Assembly: GCA_963845935.1 (NCBI GenBank)
Contig: CAWJTZ010000013.1
Location: 63,081 to 127,080 of the forward strand
DNA from: an uncultured Gaiellaceae bacterium
GTDB taxonomy: Bacteria > Actinomycetota > Thermoleophilia > Gaiellales > Gaiellaceae
Direction: 5' to 3'
Length of the DNA stretch: 64,000 nt
Below the pieces are notes generated by a model that was given only the letters and a program-made list of their open reading frames with translations, was not told where the DNA came from and searched no databases. This document shows positions 49,042 through 58,485 of this stretch, piece by piece. The position numbers and the translations under genes were made by a program. Every line of letters begins with the position of its first letter. Position 1 is the first letter of the stretch.

Positions 49042-50794
49042 ACGAGGCTCCCGCCCGTCTTGTGGAACTTCAGGATCCCCTCCGCGGCGCGGTACGCGAG
49101 CGCCCCGACCGTTCCGGTCGGGATTGAAGCCCGCGTTCTGCGGGAAGTTGCAGGCGCCGACGACGAACACGTTCGGCGCATCCCACATCTGCAGGTACGA
49201 GTTCACGACCGACGTGTCCGGATCCGCGCCCATGATCGCTCCGCCCGTGTTGTGCGTCGACTGGTAGACGGCCGAGTCGTAGTGCGCCGGCAGCGAGCCT
49301 GGGCCGCCGGAGATGACGTCGGGATTGATCGCTTTCATGATCTCGAGCGTCTTCGTCCCCGCGAACGCGATCATCTTCCGCTCGTTCGGCTGCCAGTCGA
49401 ACGTAATCCGCACTAGCGGGTTGCCGAAGCTGTCGCGATAGTTCGGGTCGAGATCGAGGTGATGCATCTTGTAGGCCGGCGACTCGCCCTGGAAGCCGAC
49501 GCTGATCACGCTCGCGTAGTACTTCTGGATGGCCGCCTTCCACTCCCTTCCGAATGGTGCCGTCCCGGGCGGCACCGACAGGCTCTGGATCGGCCTCGCG
49601 CCGGTCTGCCCGGACGTGATCGAGCCGCCACCGATGAAGCCGAGACCGGAGTGATCGAAGTTGTCGGCGTTGAAGTCGTCGATCGCCATCGCCAGCGCCC
49701 CAGAGCCCATGTAGCGCTTGAAACGCTTGCCGGTGAACCAGCCACTGGCCCCGCCGCCGCCCGTCTGGTAGCAGTAGTTGCGTCCGACGGTGCCGGTCCC
49801 CTTGTTCGGGTCGTACGGCGTTGCCGAGCTTCGAGAGGAGCAGAGTGCGCACGTTGTTGAACACGTACGCGGCGAGGATGATGATGTCGGCGGGCTGCTC
49901 CTGGACGCGACCCGACCCGTCGAAGTAGAGGACGCTCTGTCCCGTCTTGCCGTCGTTCTTGATCGCGTACGCATGTGAATACCCGCGGATCTCGAACTTC
50001 CCGGTCTTGAGCGCCAGCGGGATCACGGTCACGGTCGGATCGGCCTTCGCGCCCACTTCACAACCGAACCGCTCGCAGAACCCGCAGTAGGTGCACTGAC
50101 CGCGCGTGACGCCGTCCGGATTCTTGTACGGCACGGGCAGGTTCGCGGATGGGCCTGGGAACGGGTGGTAGCCGAGGTCGCTCGTGGCTTTCTGGAACAT
50201 CGCGCTCAGCTCGGTCGCTGCTTGCGGCTTGAACTGGGAACTCGCGCGAGCGCGGACCCTCGAAGACGTTTCCGCCCGGGGATGAGCCTGCCCTTGATGT
50301 TCCCGGCCTTGCCGGCGATGCCCGCCATGTACTCGAAGCTTGTCGTAGTACGGCTCGAGCTCGTCGTAGGTGATTCCCCAGTCCTGGAGGCTCATGTCGG
50401 CGGGCATCGCCGCCTTGCCGTAGCGCTCGACCGTGCTCGTGTAGGCCGTGAAGTCGCGCGGATGGAACCGCCAGGTCTGGCCGTTCCAGTGCACTCCCGC
50501 GCCACCGAGTCCGGTGCCAGGAAGGAACGATCCAAGCTGTCGCATGGGCAGCGCCGTCTCTCCGAGGTTGTGTCGCAGCGACCACGTCTCGTTCGCCGCG
50601 TTCTGGAACAGCTCGTTCCGGATCGCGTAGCGGAGCTCGTCGTGGTCGTCCTGGAAGCTGCCGTCGAGCGCTTGGCGGTCCGACCGCGCTCGAGCCCGAC
50701 GACCGTAGAGGCCTGCCTTCGTCAGCTCGTGCGCGATGATCCCGCCGACCCAGCCGACTCCGACGATGACGGCGTCCACCTTCTTGAGTGCCAT
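49038..50794 (-). pseudogene. GMC-family FAD flavoprotein dehydrogenase (gluconate 2-dehydrogenase alpha-like), about 8 frame disruptions
   Basis: MALKKVDAVIVGVGWVGGIIAHELTKAGL[TVVGLERGR in +1 frame]...DELRYAIRNELFQN...GGAGVHWNGQTWRF...YDELEPYYDK/FEYMAGIAGKAGNIKG/GGNVFEGPRSREFP/...CTYCGFCERFGCE.../PYDPNKGTGTVGRNYCYQ.../TGTVGALAYRAAEGILKF. Confidence 0.85.
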
Positions 50795-51555
50795 CACTTG
50801 CCTCCCTTGTACGGCTTCATGGGCAACGGCTTGTGCTCGTACGGATACGGCTTGTCGGTGAAGACGTACTTGTAGTAGACGTCGCCACGGCGCATCGGGT
50901 CACCGGGGAAGCCGATCCACTTCCACCCGACCATGTCCCGGTTGCCGCCGTACGACGGGGTCGGCCAGCATCCCCTCGAGCACGTTCTGACGGAACATGT
51001 TGAAGAAGTCGACGCTCGTGAACGCCGTCGAGCCCGCGAGCGGGATCACAGCCTTCGCCTGTCCTCAGGTCGTTCAGCGCCTGCGTCTGGGTCGCAGCGT
51101 CGAGCTCGACATAGCTGTGCGCATACGTCTGACGCACGTACTGGTCGTATGCAGGCAAGAACGCGCGATACACGTCGCGCCGGCGCCATCGGCATCTGCC
51201 AGCCGTGGCCGCTGTCGGCAGCTGGGAAGAACGGCCCGTTGAGATAGAAACGATGGCCCTGTCCCCACCCGCCCGAAAGCTGGCCGTCGATGTAGTACCC
51301 GACCCCGGCGACCTTTGCGCCAGGACCGAGGTCGTCCGTCGGCCAGATCGTCTCCGCCATCGCGGTGACGTAGTCGAACTCCCACTTCGTCAAGAACCTG
51401 AGCGGCGGCGTAGCGGCAGCTTCGGCGGCGTTCGCCGAATCGCTGAGCAGCCCACCCGCGGTCGCCGTCGCGGCTCCGGCTGCGCCAACCTGGAGCAACC
51501 GTTTTCGCGAGAACCGACTGGTCATCGAATGTCCGGCTTCCTGCTGCTCGTCCAT
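50794..51555 (-). pseudogene. Gluconate 2-dehydrogenase subunit 3-family small subunit with TAT-like signal, three frame switches (~51178, ~51050, ~50954)
   Basis: MDEQQEAGHSMTSRFSRKRLLQVGAAGAATATAG.../DVYRAFLPAYDQYVRQTY.../VIPLAGSTAFTSVDFFNMFRQNVLEGMLADPV/YGGNRDMVGWKWIGFPGDP...KPYKGGK*. ATG 51525 is the alternative start. Confidence 0.8.
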
Positions 51556-51613
51556 CCTGCACCTCCTACGGTCGATGCTGATCACCCGTCGGCTCGCGCG
51601 CGACGCTATGCCG

Positions 51614-52036
51614 CTACCCTAACGAACCGACGGTTGCCCGATCAACTACGACGAGGTCAAGCATCGCGCCTCGATCCGGGCGGAGTCGAAGATGAATCTC
51701 CCAGAGACCGGGCATCGTCAACACTCGGCCTGTACCGCGATAGACACCGTCGCCCCCGCGGCGAAAAGTAAGCCTGAGCGAAGGCATCGGCATGTTCTGC
51801 ATGGTGAAGACCGCACGCACGGTCCCACGAACTGGCTTCGCATTGCGCGTCCAGCGAACCGCGAACGTGTTGTCGATCAAACCACCGCTGTTCGGTGAGA
51901 TGGAGAGCGCGACGCGGTCGCTTCCCTTCCGTAGAACCGTCGAGACGGGGCCGGGACCTACTGCCGCCGTCGAGACGGCGGGGACGACACAGGCCACGCC
52001 CACCAGCGCGAGCCAGATGCGCATGGCTGTCATCAC
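51614..52036 (-). CDS. Secreted FixH/YtkA-like domain protein
   Basis: 140 aa. Signal MRIWLALVGVACVVPAVSTA. ...FTMQNMPMPSLRLTFRRGGDGVYRGTGRVLTMPGLWEIHLRL resembles the YtkA/FixH fold pattern. Confidence 0.5.
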   Translation of the reverse strand: MMTAMRIWLALVGVACVVPAVSTAAVGPGPVSTVLRKGSDRVALSISPNSGGLIDNTFAVRWTRNAKPVRGTVRAVFTMQNMPMPSLRLTFRRGGDGVYRGTGRVLTMPGLWEIHLRLRPDRGAMLDLVVVDRATVGSLG

Positions 52037-52131
52037 GAGGACGATAGACGTTCACTGCACACAGCTCCGGCGCAGCTCGAGCCGAGTCTCGTGCGCCGCC
52101 GCAGGGGTGCGGCGGCGCAACAGAAGACTCG

Positions 52132-52500
52132 TTACGTGACGGTCAGAACGCCCTTCATGCCAGCCGCCGCGTGACCCGGCACGGTGCAGAGGTACGGGAA
52201 CTTGCCCTTCGGGAAGACCACTTTGAGAGTCGCAGACTTTCCCGCGGGGAGCAGCGGCGTCTTCTTCCCCTTGATCTTGAAATCGTGCGGCGCCGTGCCG
52301 CGATTCGTGACAACGAAGATCACGGCTCCGTGCGGAACGCGCTTCTTGGAGAGCACGAACTTGAACTCGGACGCTGCGACCGTGACCTTCGTCGCGGTCG
52401 CCGAGTTCGACTCTGCGCTACCGGCAGCAGCAAAAACGCCGACGGTGAGCGCAGCTAGGACGAAGATTGCGAGCGCGGCAATCAGTGGCGTGCGCTTCAT
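52132..52500 (-). CDS. Secreted cupredoxin (type-1 blue copper protein)
   Basis: ATG 52500. Signal MKRTPLIAALAIFVLAALTVGVFA. Copper ligands in PHDF...YLCTVPGHAAAGM (H, C, H, M). Confidence 0.8.
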   Translation of the reverse strand: MKRTPLIAALAIFVLAALTVGVFAAAGSAESNSATATKVTVAASEFKFVLSKKRVPHGAVIFVVTNRGTAPHDFKIKGKKTPLLPAGKSATLKVVFPKGKFPYLCTVPGHAAAGMKGVLTVT

Positions 52501-52674
52501 CAATGAGCCCTTTCGCGAGTGGACAGACGACGACGAGGGTAGCAACGGCATAAAGGTCGAAGCTCCCGGAGGCGAGCTGGAGGATCCCGTCGGCGAGCAG
52601 CGCGCCACCGCAATCTCCTTGGCTGTCGCGGAGCCGAAGCGGACGGATCTCGAAGCTCTGGCTTCGTGGCGGTT

Positions 52675-52690
52675 CGGCTCGATCGAGCCG
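52675..52690. repeat. 16-bp perfect palindrome CGGCTCGATCGAGCCG upstream of the cupredoxin gene
   Basis: Self-complementary, read directly from the sequence. It lies 175-190 nt upstream of the ATG at 52500, in a 299-nt non-coding gap. Confidence 0.6.
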
Positions 52691-52799
52691 ACGTATCTAC
52701 AGCCGGGGCATACGCCGGACGATGGTTCAGGGGCCCGCGCCGACGACTACACGGGCCGCTGAATCACTCGAATCGATCACGCGCACATGCGTCCTTCGC

Positions 52800-53387
52800 C
52801 TACGGGTACGGAGGGTAAGGATCCGTTGTCGTCGTGGTCGTGGTGGTGTCGGTCGTCGTCCCGGTCGGGGACTTGAGTACCGCCCTCCCCTGCGCGGAGA
52901 CGGCGTACCACTTGGCGCCGAAGTTGCGGCTGCCCTGGCCCTTCGTCTGGCCCGCGGACTTGTCCAGCGCGAAGGTGTAGAGCGGATGCTTGTTGTACGT
53001 CACTTGCAGGCGGCCGTCCGCGCGTTTGGTGGTCCCCACCAGAGCCCGTTTGACGCCGGGTCCCACCGTCACGCTGCCGGTCTTCGTCAGAGGCGGCCAG
53101 TACGTCGCGCAAACCCCGCTGCATGCGCTCTTCCCCTTCACGTCCTTCATGAAGAGGTAGAGCGTGCGGCCTTTCGCGCTCACCAGGATCTCTCCGAGGC
53201 CGGTCTGACGCAGCGAGAGGGTCGCATTCGCCTGTGAGGCGGTGCCTCCGGCCAGCGCGCCGGCGGCGAGGAGTCCTGTTGCTCCCAACACCGCTGCCAG
53301 GACGACCATGCCGGCGATACGCCTCGTGCCCCTCAGCCGGGCCGCGGCGGCACGCCCGTGCGTTCGATTCCACGCTTGGTTCATCAC
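52800..53387 (-). CDS. Secreted COG4315-type repeat protein with Thr/Pro-rich tail
   Basis: 195 aa. GRTLYLFMKDVKGKSACSGVCATYWPPL and GRLQVTYNKHPLYTFALDKSAGQTKGQG (the two family repeats). C-terminal TTTDTTTTTTTTDPYPPYP. Confidence 0.75.
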   Translation of the reverse strand: MMNQAWNRTHGRAAAARLRGTRRIAGMVVLAAVLGATGLLAAGALAGGTASQANATLSLRQTGLGEILVSAKGRTLYLFMKDVKGKSACSGVCATYWPPLTKTGSVTVGPGVKRALVGTTKRADGRLQVTYNKHPLYTFALDKSAGQTKGQGSRNFGAKWYAVSAQGRAVLKSPTGTTTDTTTTTTTTDPYPPYP

Positions 53388-53534
53388 ATCATCTCCTTTC
53401 CCCTGGTCCTACGGAGGCGGGCATCCGCCGGATTCACTGCCTCGCGGAATCGGGGTCGCCGAAAACCATCACGCGCCCGTTCGCGTACGAACCCCCATAG
53501 AGGAGTAGTCACAAAGACGACCAGGAGGGAACTC

Positions 53535-54368
53535 GTGAGAGCTACCGCACTCATCCCGGCCCTGGCCATCGGCATCGCGCTCGTCGCCACGGTTGGCGCA
53601 GCGGCGAGACCGCAGGCTCAGGCCATTCAGATCCGAACGCTCATGAATGCCGCCCAGGAGGTTCCGGCGCCTGCCGGCGACACGTCGAACGGGCGTGGAA
53701 CGTTCACCGCGACGGTCACGAAGTCCGAAACGGGCGCGTCGATCTCGTGGGAGCTGTCGTTCAGCGGGCTGACCGGGAACGCGATCGCGGCCCACATCCA
53801 CACCGGGGCGGCGGGAACGCCCGGCCCGGTGGTGCTGGCGCTCTGCGGGCCGTGCACGAGCCCGGCGAGCGGCACCGGGAACCTGAGCGAGGCCGCGCTC
53901 CAGGCGATCGAGGACGGCGGCGCATACGTGAACGTCCACACCCCGCCGAACGCCGCGGGCGAGATCCGCGGTCAGCTCGCCACGACGGCCAGCGTCTCGA
54001 CGAGCCTGACTTCGCGGCAGGAGGTTCCGAAGCCGAAGGGCAACGTGAAGCGGGCGACGGGGAGCTTCACCGGCGCCGTCGTGAAGCTCGGGACGACCGG
54101 AACGATCACCTGGCGCCTCAGATTCTCGAAGCTGACCGGTCGCGCGATCGCAGCGCACATCCACGTCGGTCGCGTCGGAAGAGCCGGTCCGGTGCTGGTC
54201 GCGCTGTGCGGCCCGTGCCGAAACGGACAGCGCGGCACCGCCGATCTCACGGCCCCGGCGCTTGCTGCGCTCGAGGCCGGACGCGGATACGTGAACGTCC
54301 ATACGCCCAAGAACGCGGGCGGCGAGATCCGCGGCCAGATTCGCCCGGTTCCACTGACGACCCCGTGA
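53535..54368 (+). CDS. Secreted protein with two CHRD domains
   Basis: GTG 53535 after AGGAGGG. Two copies of ...E VP...G.F...LSF/RFS.LTG.AIAAHIH.G..G..GPV...LCGPC...GYVNVHTP.NA.GEIRGQ. Confidence 0.8.
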   Translation: MRATALIPALAIGIALVATVGAAARPQAQAIQIRTLMNAAQEVPAPAGDTSNGRGTFTATVTKSETGASISWELSFSGLTGNAIAAHIHTGAAGTPGPVVLALCGPCTSPASGTGNLSEAALQAIEDGGAYVNVHTPPNAAGEIRGQLATTASVSTSLTSRQEVPKPKGNVKRATGSFTGAVVKLGTTGTITWRLRFSKLTGRAIAAHIHVGRVGRAGPVLVALCGPCRNGQRGTADLTAPALAALEAGRGYVNVHTPKNAGGEIRGQIRPVPLTTP

Positions 54369-54383
54369 GGTAGGCCCAAACGC

Positions 54384-54418
54384 GCGCGCGCCGGATCGTG
54401 GAACCGACCGGCGCGCGC
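54384..54418 (+). terminator. GC-rich hairpin downstream of the CHRD gene
   Basis: gcgcgcgccgg-(13 nt)-ccggcgcgcgc, an 11-bp perfect stem 16 nt after the stop. No clear U-tract. Confidence 0.35.
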
Positions 54419-54474
54419 CGCGTACCCGCCTTTCGGGGCTCACGCGCTGAGCCGCCCGTGCCGACAAGGAACTC

Positions 54475-54649
54475 ATGGCGAAGTGGTCGATTCGTGATCT
54501 GTGGGGCCGGATCACGCAGAAGAAGGCAATGAAGCCCGAGGTCCGCAGCATGTTGCTCGACCTCGACAGCGTGTACGAGCCCAGGAAGGCCGTCGACCCC
54601 GAGCGGCGACGAGCAGCACCACGACGAGCCGCGCCAGGCCGCCGGCTAG
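54475..54649 (+). CDS. Possible small protein (about 57 aa if one frame switch near 54607 is allowed)
   Basis: ATG 54475 after AAGGA. MAKWSIRDLWGRITQKKAMKPEVRSMLLDLDSVYEPRKAVDPE has GC-rich third positions. The +1 frame then gives DEQHHDEPRQAAG*. Speculative. Confidence 0.2.
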
Positions 54650-54774
54650 GCGCAGCCGGCGCGACTTCGCAAACGTTTCCCGGTCGGAGCGCCGCTGGCG
54701 GGCGGCGAGGCGGCGCGCTGCACAGGGCACGGATGAACGCCGCCGAGGCACTCGCGCTCGTTTCGCCCTCCTGT

Positions 54775-56236
54775 TCACGACGCGGCGACGTCGACCGCGG
54801 CCTTGACGCCGTAGTAGCGCTGGCGAGCCTCGTCGAGGGTGTCACCGATGGCCGTGAGGCCGATGCGACCGGCCACGGCGATGGCACTCACCATGTGCAG
54901 CACCACCCCGACCTCGCGGTCGGCGTCCCACCCGAGGCCCTTCTCGGCCACGACGTCGAGCAGGTCGTCGGGCGTCAGCGACTGGTACGCCGGTGAGTCG
55001 AGGTGGTCGGTTGCGGCGTAGTGCTTGATGTCGCCGTTGCGCGTCCGCCACTCCCCGGCGAGCGGATCGTAGGCGCCGTCCGTGAGGCTCGTGAGCGCGA
55101 AGAGCGGATGCGTCGTGCCGCCGCAACGGAGGTTGACCTCGAGCGCGTAGGTCTCCCACGAGCCCTCCCGCCTCACCGTCGCGAAGTCGACCCCTGCGCG
55201 GCCGATCACCCCCTCGCGTGCCAGCCTGCGCCCGACCTTGAGCGCCTCGGACGCAACGAGCGCCGCGTAGCCCGGATCGGCCGGGAAGTAGCAGCCGAAG
55301 TACGTCTGGCCGTTGCGCGCCGCCGAGCACCTGGTCGTGCGTCGACATGATGTCGACCTGCCCCGCGGGGCTCAGGCGCAGCTGGACGCTCGGGCTGCGG
55401 AAGTCCTCCCCGCCGATCCGCTCCTCCACGATCCCGCCCTGCTCGTCGAGCGCCGCGAGGTACTGCTCGACGTCGATCTCCTCGTCCTCGAGCTCGATCG
55501 CCTCGCGCAGGTCGCGAGCGCCGTCGAGGTCGAGCAACGCGTTCCCGAGACCGCTGACGCCGAGGTCGAGCTTGAGGACGGCCTCCCGGGCGTGCGGGCG
55601 GCGCGCTCGCAGCTCGTCCAGGGCGGGCACGAGATCCTCCGTCGATCGCACGTCGAGCCCGACCGGGTGCCGGACGTCCTCCTCGGCGAACACCTGCCGG
55701 CTCCCGGTCTTCGACCCCAGCCACCCGAGCGCGGGGTCGCATCCGTAGATCGGGAGCTGCAGCGCCTCGGCGAGACCGACCTCCTCGCCCGTCATGCAGA
55801 AGGGGATGATCATCGCCACCTCGGGCTCCCCGATGAGCCGCCTGATCCGTGCGATCGCGCCGGGTCGAGCCAGGAGCTTCCGAGACAGGGGCTCGTTGCG
55901 CCCGTCGACGAGCGACACCGTCTCGAAGCGGCGACGCGCCTCGGGCGTGTCCAGCTCGGGGAGGAGCGAGAAGTAATAGTCGACGACACGCGGGTGAATC
56001 GGCTGTGACGTGACGTAGATCACCCGCGACCTCGGGGCGCGGAGCAGGCTCAGGACGAGGCAGAGGAAGCGTTCCTCGTAGGCCGGGAAGACGGGGATCA
56101 GCTGATCCGGCACGTCGAAGCTGATCGAGTGCACGACGACGACCGTCCTCTCGACGTCGCCGATGGAGCGGAGGGTGACGGTCGGCCAGATGCTCCGGAA
56201 CTGCTCCTGCAGCTCGGCGAACGTCTTTTCGGCCAT
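54775..56236 (-). pseudogene. ATP-grasp-related ligase-like protein (PGM1-type C-terminal domain), frame switch near 55315
   Basis: MAEKTFAELQEQFRSIWPTVTLRSIGDVERTVVVVHSISFD...STHDQVLGG, then NGQTYFGCYFPADPGYAALV...GVIGRAGVDFATVRREGSWETYALEVNLRCGGTTHP (ORF 54775..55209). Confidence 0.6.
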
Positions 56237-56281
56237 GCGCGGACGCTACTCCGCGCACCTCGACGTTGCTAGCGTGGCGCC

Positions 56282-56992
56282 GTGGGGAGCGCCCTCGACG
56301 GACGCGTGATCGCGGTCGCAGGTGGCACGGGGAACGTCGGCCCGACCGTCGTCCGCCGACTCGCCGCCGCGGGCGCGCGGACCTGCGTGTGCGGGCGGGA
56401 CCGAGGGAGCCTCGACGAGCTCGCCGCCGAGATCGAGTCGCCGATCGACACCGACGTCGTCGACCTTCTCGACGCGACTGCGACGCGAAGCTGGGCAGAC
56501 GACCTCGCCTCGCGGCACGGCCATGTCGACGGACTCGTCCAGCTCGTGGGCGGCTGGCGCGGCGGCACGCCGATCGAGGAGGCGCCGCTCGAGGACTGGG
56601 ACGTCCTGAGCACGCTGCTCGTCCGCACGCTGCAGCACGCCACCCAGGCGTTCACGCCGCACCTGATCGCGAGCGGACACGGGAGGTTCGTGGTGATCGG
56701 AGCCGGTCAGGCGTCGGCGCCGACACATCCGAACGCGTCCTACGCCGCCGCCAAAGCCGCAGCGGATACGTGGACGCTCGCGCTGGCCGACCGCTTCAAG
56801 GGAACCGGCTCCACGGCCAACATCGTCGTCGTCGGGGCGATTCTCACTCCCGCGATGCGTGCCGAGAGCCCGGACAAGGACTTCTCGACGTTCAGCCCTG
56901 CGGAGGAGATCGCGGACGCGATCGCCTATCTCTGCTCGGACGACGCCGCGTCGATGAACGGTCAGCGCCTCACGTTGCGCGGCGCGTACTAG
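56282..56992 (+). CDS. SDR-family oxidoreductase
   Basis: 236 aa. VIAVAGGTGNVGPTVVRRLAAAGA...ASYAAAKAAADTW. Confidence 0.8.
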   Translation: MGSALDGRVIAVAGGTGNVGPTVVRRLAAAGARTCVCGRDRGSLDELAAEIESPIDTDVVDLLDATATRSWADDLASRHGHVDGLVQLVGGWRGGTPIEEAPLEDWDVLSTLLVRTLQHATQAFTPHLIASGHGRFVVIGAGQASAPTHPNASYAAAKAAADTWTLALADRFKGTGSTANIVVVGAILTPAMRAESPDKDFSTFSPAEEIADAIAYLCSDDAASMNGQRLTLRGAY

Positions 56993-57753
56993 GCGGCGGA
57001 CCGGACGCGCAACTCCGCGCGAACGTGCAGCGCGCCGAGCACGAGCAGGCAACCGAGAGCGAGCCAGAGGTACAGGCTCGGGATTCCGAGGACGAGACAG
57101 ACGCCGAGCACGGCGAGCTGCGTCGTGAGACCGAGGTTCGCGAGAACGCTCACGGCGAAGCCGTCGTACGCCGGCCGCTCGCCGAAGCGTCGCGTCGAGA
57201 CGCCGCGCACGACGCGATCGAGCATCCCGAACGTCACGCGATAGAGGAGCGCAAGGCTGCGTTCGACGCCACGCCCGGACGATCGGGGCTCCACGGTCGC
57301 AATCCCGTGCGACTCCCGGTAGAGCAACGTCACGTTGAAATCGACCGTGAGCGCAACCGTCAACGCGAGGAAGGCAGCCAGTGCAAGGACGGGCTGCCCC
57401 GTGACGTAGCCGAGCGCGGCGAACACGGCCGCGTTCACGAGGAGATCGGCGATCGTGTCGAGGTACCGGCCCGTCAGCGTCACCTGCCCGGTCGCGCGAG
57501 CAAGGGCGCCGTCTGCGTTGTCGAGCAGCGTCTTCAGCTGCAGAAGCAGCGCTGCCGCGACGAGATGGCCGCGATAGAGCACGAGCGCGGCGAGGAGGCC
57601 TGCCGTCGCATTCGCCAGTACGACTGCAGGCGGCGTGACCTTGGCACGCTCGAACAGCGGTACGAGCGTGTTCGCGAGCGGTCGGAAGACGAGCTCGAGA
57701 ACGAGCTCGCGACCCGCTCGTCTCGGCTCGGCCCCTTCGGCCGTGACCGACAT
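56989..57753 (-). CDS. CDP-alcohol phosphatidyltransferase family protein
   Basis: ATG 57753. DNADGALARATGQVTLTGRYLDTIADLLVN (D-x2-DG-x2-AR...G-x3-D-x3-D). Multiple TMs. Confidence 0.85.
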   Translation of the reverse strand: MSVTAEGAEPRRAGRELVLELVFRPLANTLVPLFERAKVTPPAVVLANATAGLLAALVLYRGHLVAAALLLQLKTLLDNADGALARATGQVTLTGRYLDTIADLLVNAAVFAALGYVTGQPVLALAAFLALTVALTVDFNVTLLYRESHGIATVEPRSSGRGVERSLALLYRVTFGMLDRVVRGVSTRRFGERPAYDGFAVSVLANLGLTTQLAVLGVCLVLGIPSLYLWLALGCLLVLGALHVRAELRVRSAA

Positions 57754-57780
57754 CGCGGACGATGGTAGATACTGGGAGCC

Positions 57781-58017
57781 ATGACTCCAACCGGCTGGGA
57801 GGAGGTCGACGGAGCACTCGAGCGCACGTTCGAGCTCGACAGCTTCATGAGCGCGCTCGACTTCGTGAACCGCCTGGGTGCACTGGCGGAGGCCGAGGAC
57901 CACCACCCAGACATCACGATCAGCTACCGGAAGGTGACCGTCCGCTGGTGGACGCACACTGCCGGCGGCGTCACCGACCGCGACCGCGACCTCGCCGAGA
58001 AGACGAGCCGCCTCTAG
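57781..58017 (+). CDS. phhB: Pterin-4-alpha-carbinolamine dehydratase
   Basis: 78 aa. FMSALDFVNRLGALAEAEDHHPDITISYRKVTVRWWTHTAGGVT. Confidence 0.88.
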   Translation: MTPTGWEEVDGALERTFELDSFMSALDFVNRLGALAEAEDHHPDITISYRKVTVRWWTHTAGGVTDRDRDLAEKTSRL

Positions 58018-58463
58018 TCGGAGGTCTTGACGACGACCACGGGGCACGCCGCGTGGTTGGTGACGTGGCGGCTCACGGAGCCGAGCAGGGCCGCCTTGAA
58101 CCCGGAGCGCCCGTGCGAGCCGACCACCACGAGTTGCGCCGATCTGCTCTCCGCGACGAGCGCCTCGCCGGCGTCGCCCTCGACCAGCTTCCGCTCAATC
58201 TCCGCGTCGGCGCCGAGCACACCCTCGACTGCGCTGTCGAGCGCGATCCGGGCGGCGTCGCTCTCTGCGCTCAGCTGACCGGGAAGGTCGCCGGCGGGCA
58301 TCGCGAGCATCCCGGGGTCGCCTATCGGCTGCGGCGGTACGAACGACCACGCGTGGACTGCGACGAGCGGCGCCGATCGCAGGCGGGCCTCCTCGAAGGC
58401 CCACCGCAGGGCCTCCTGCGACGCGTCGGAACCGTCGACACCTACGACGATCGATCCGTTCAC
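58014..58463 (-). CDS. Universal stress protein (UspA family)
   Basis: 149 aa. IVVGVDGSDASQEALRWA...LVVVGSHGRSGFKAALLGSVS. Confidence 0.88.
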   Translation of the reverse strand: MNGSIVVGVDGSDASQEALRWAFEEARLRSAPLVAVHAWSFVPPQPIGDPGMLAMPAGDLPGQLSAESDAARIALDSAVEGVLGADAEIERKLVEGDAGEALVAESRSAQLVVVGSHGRSGFKAALLGSVSRHVTNHAACPVVVVKTSD

Positions 58464-58485
58464 GCCACCAGGCTACAGTGGCCCG

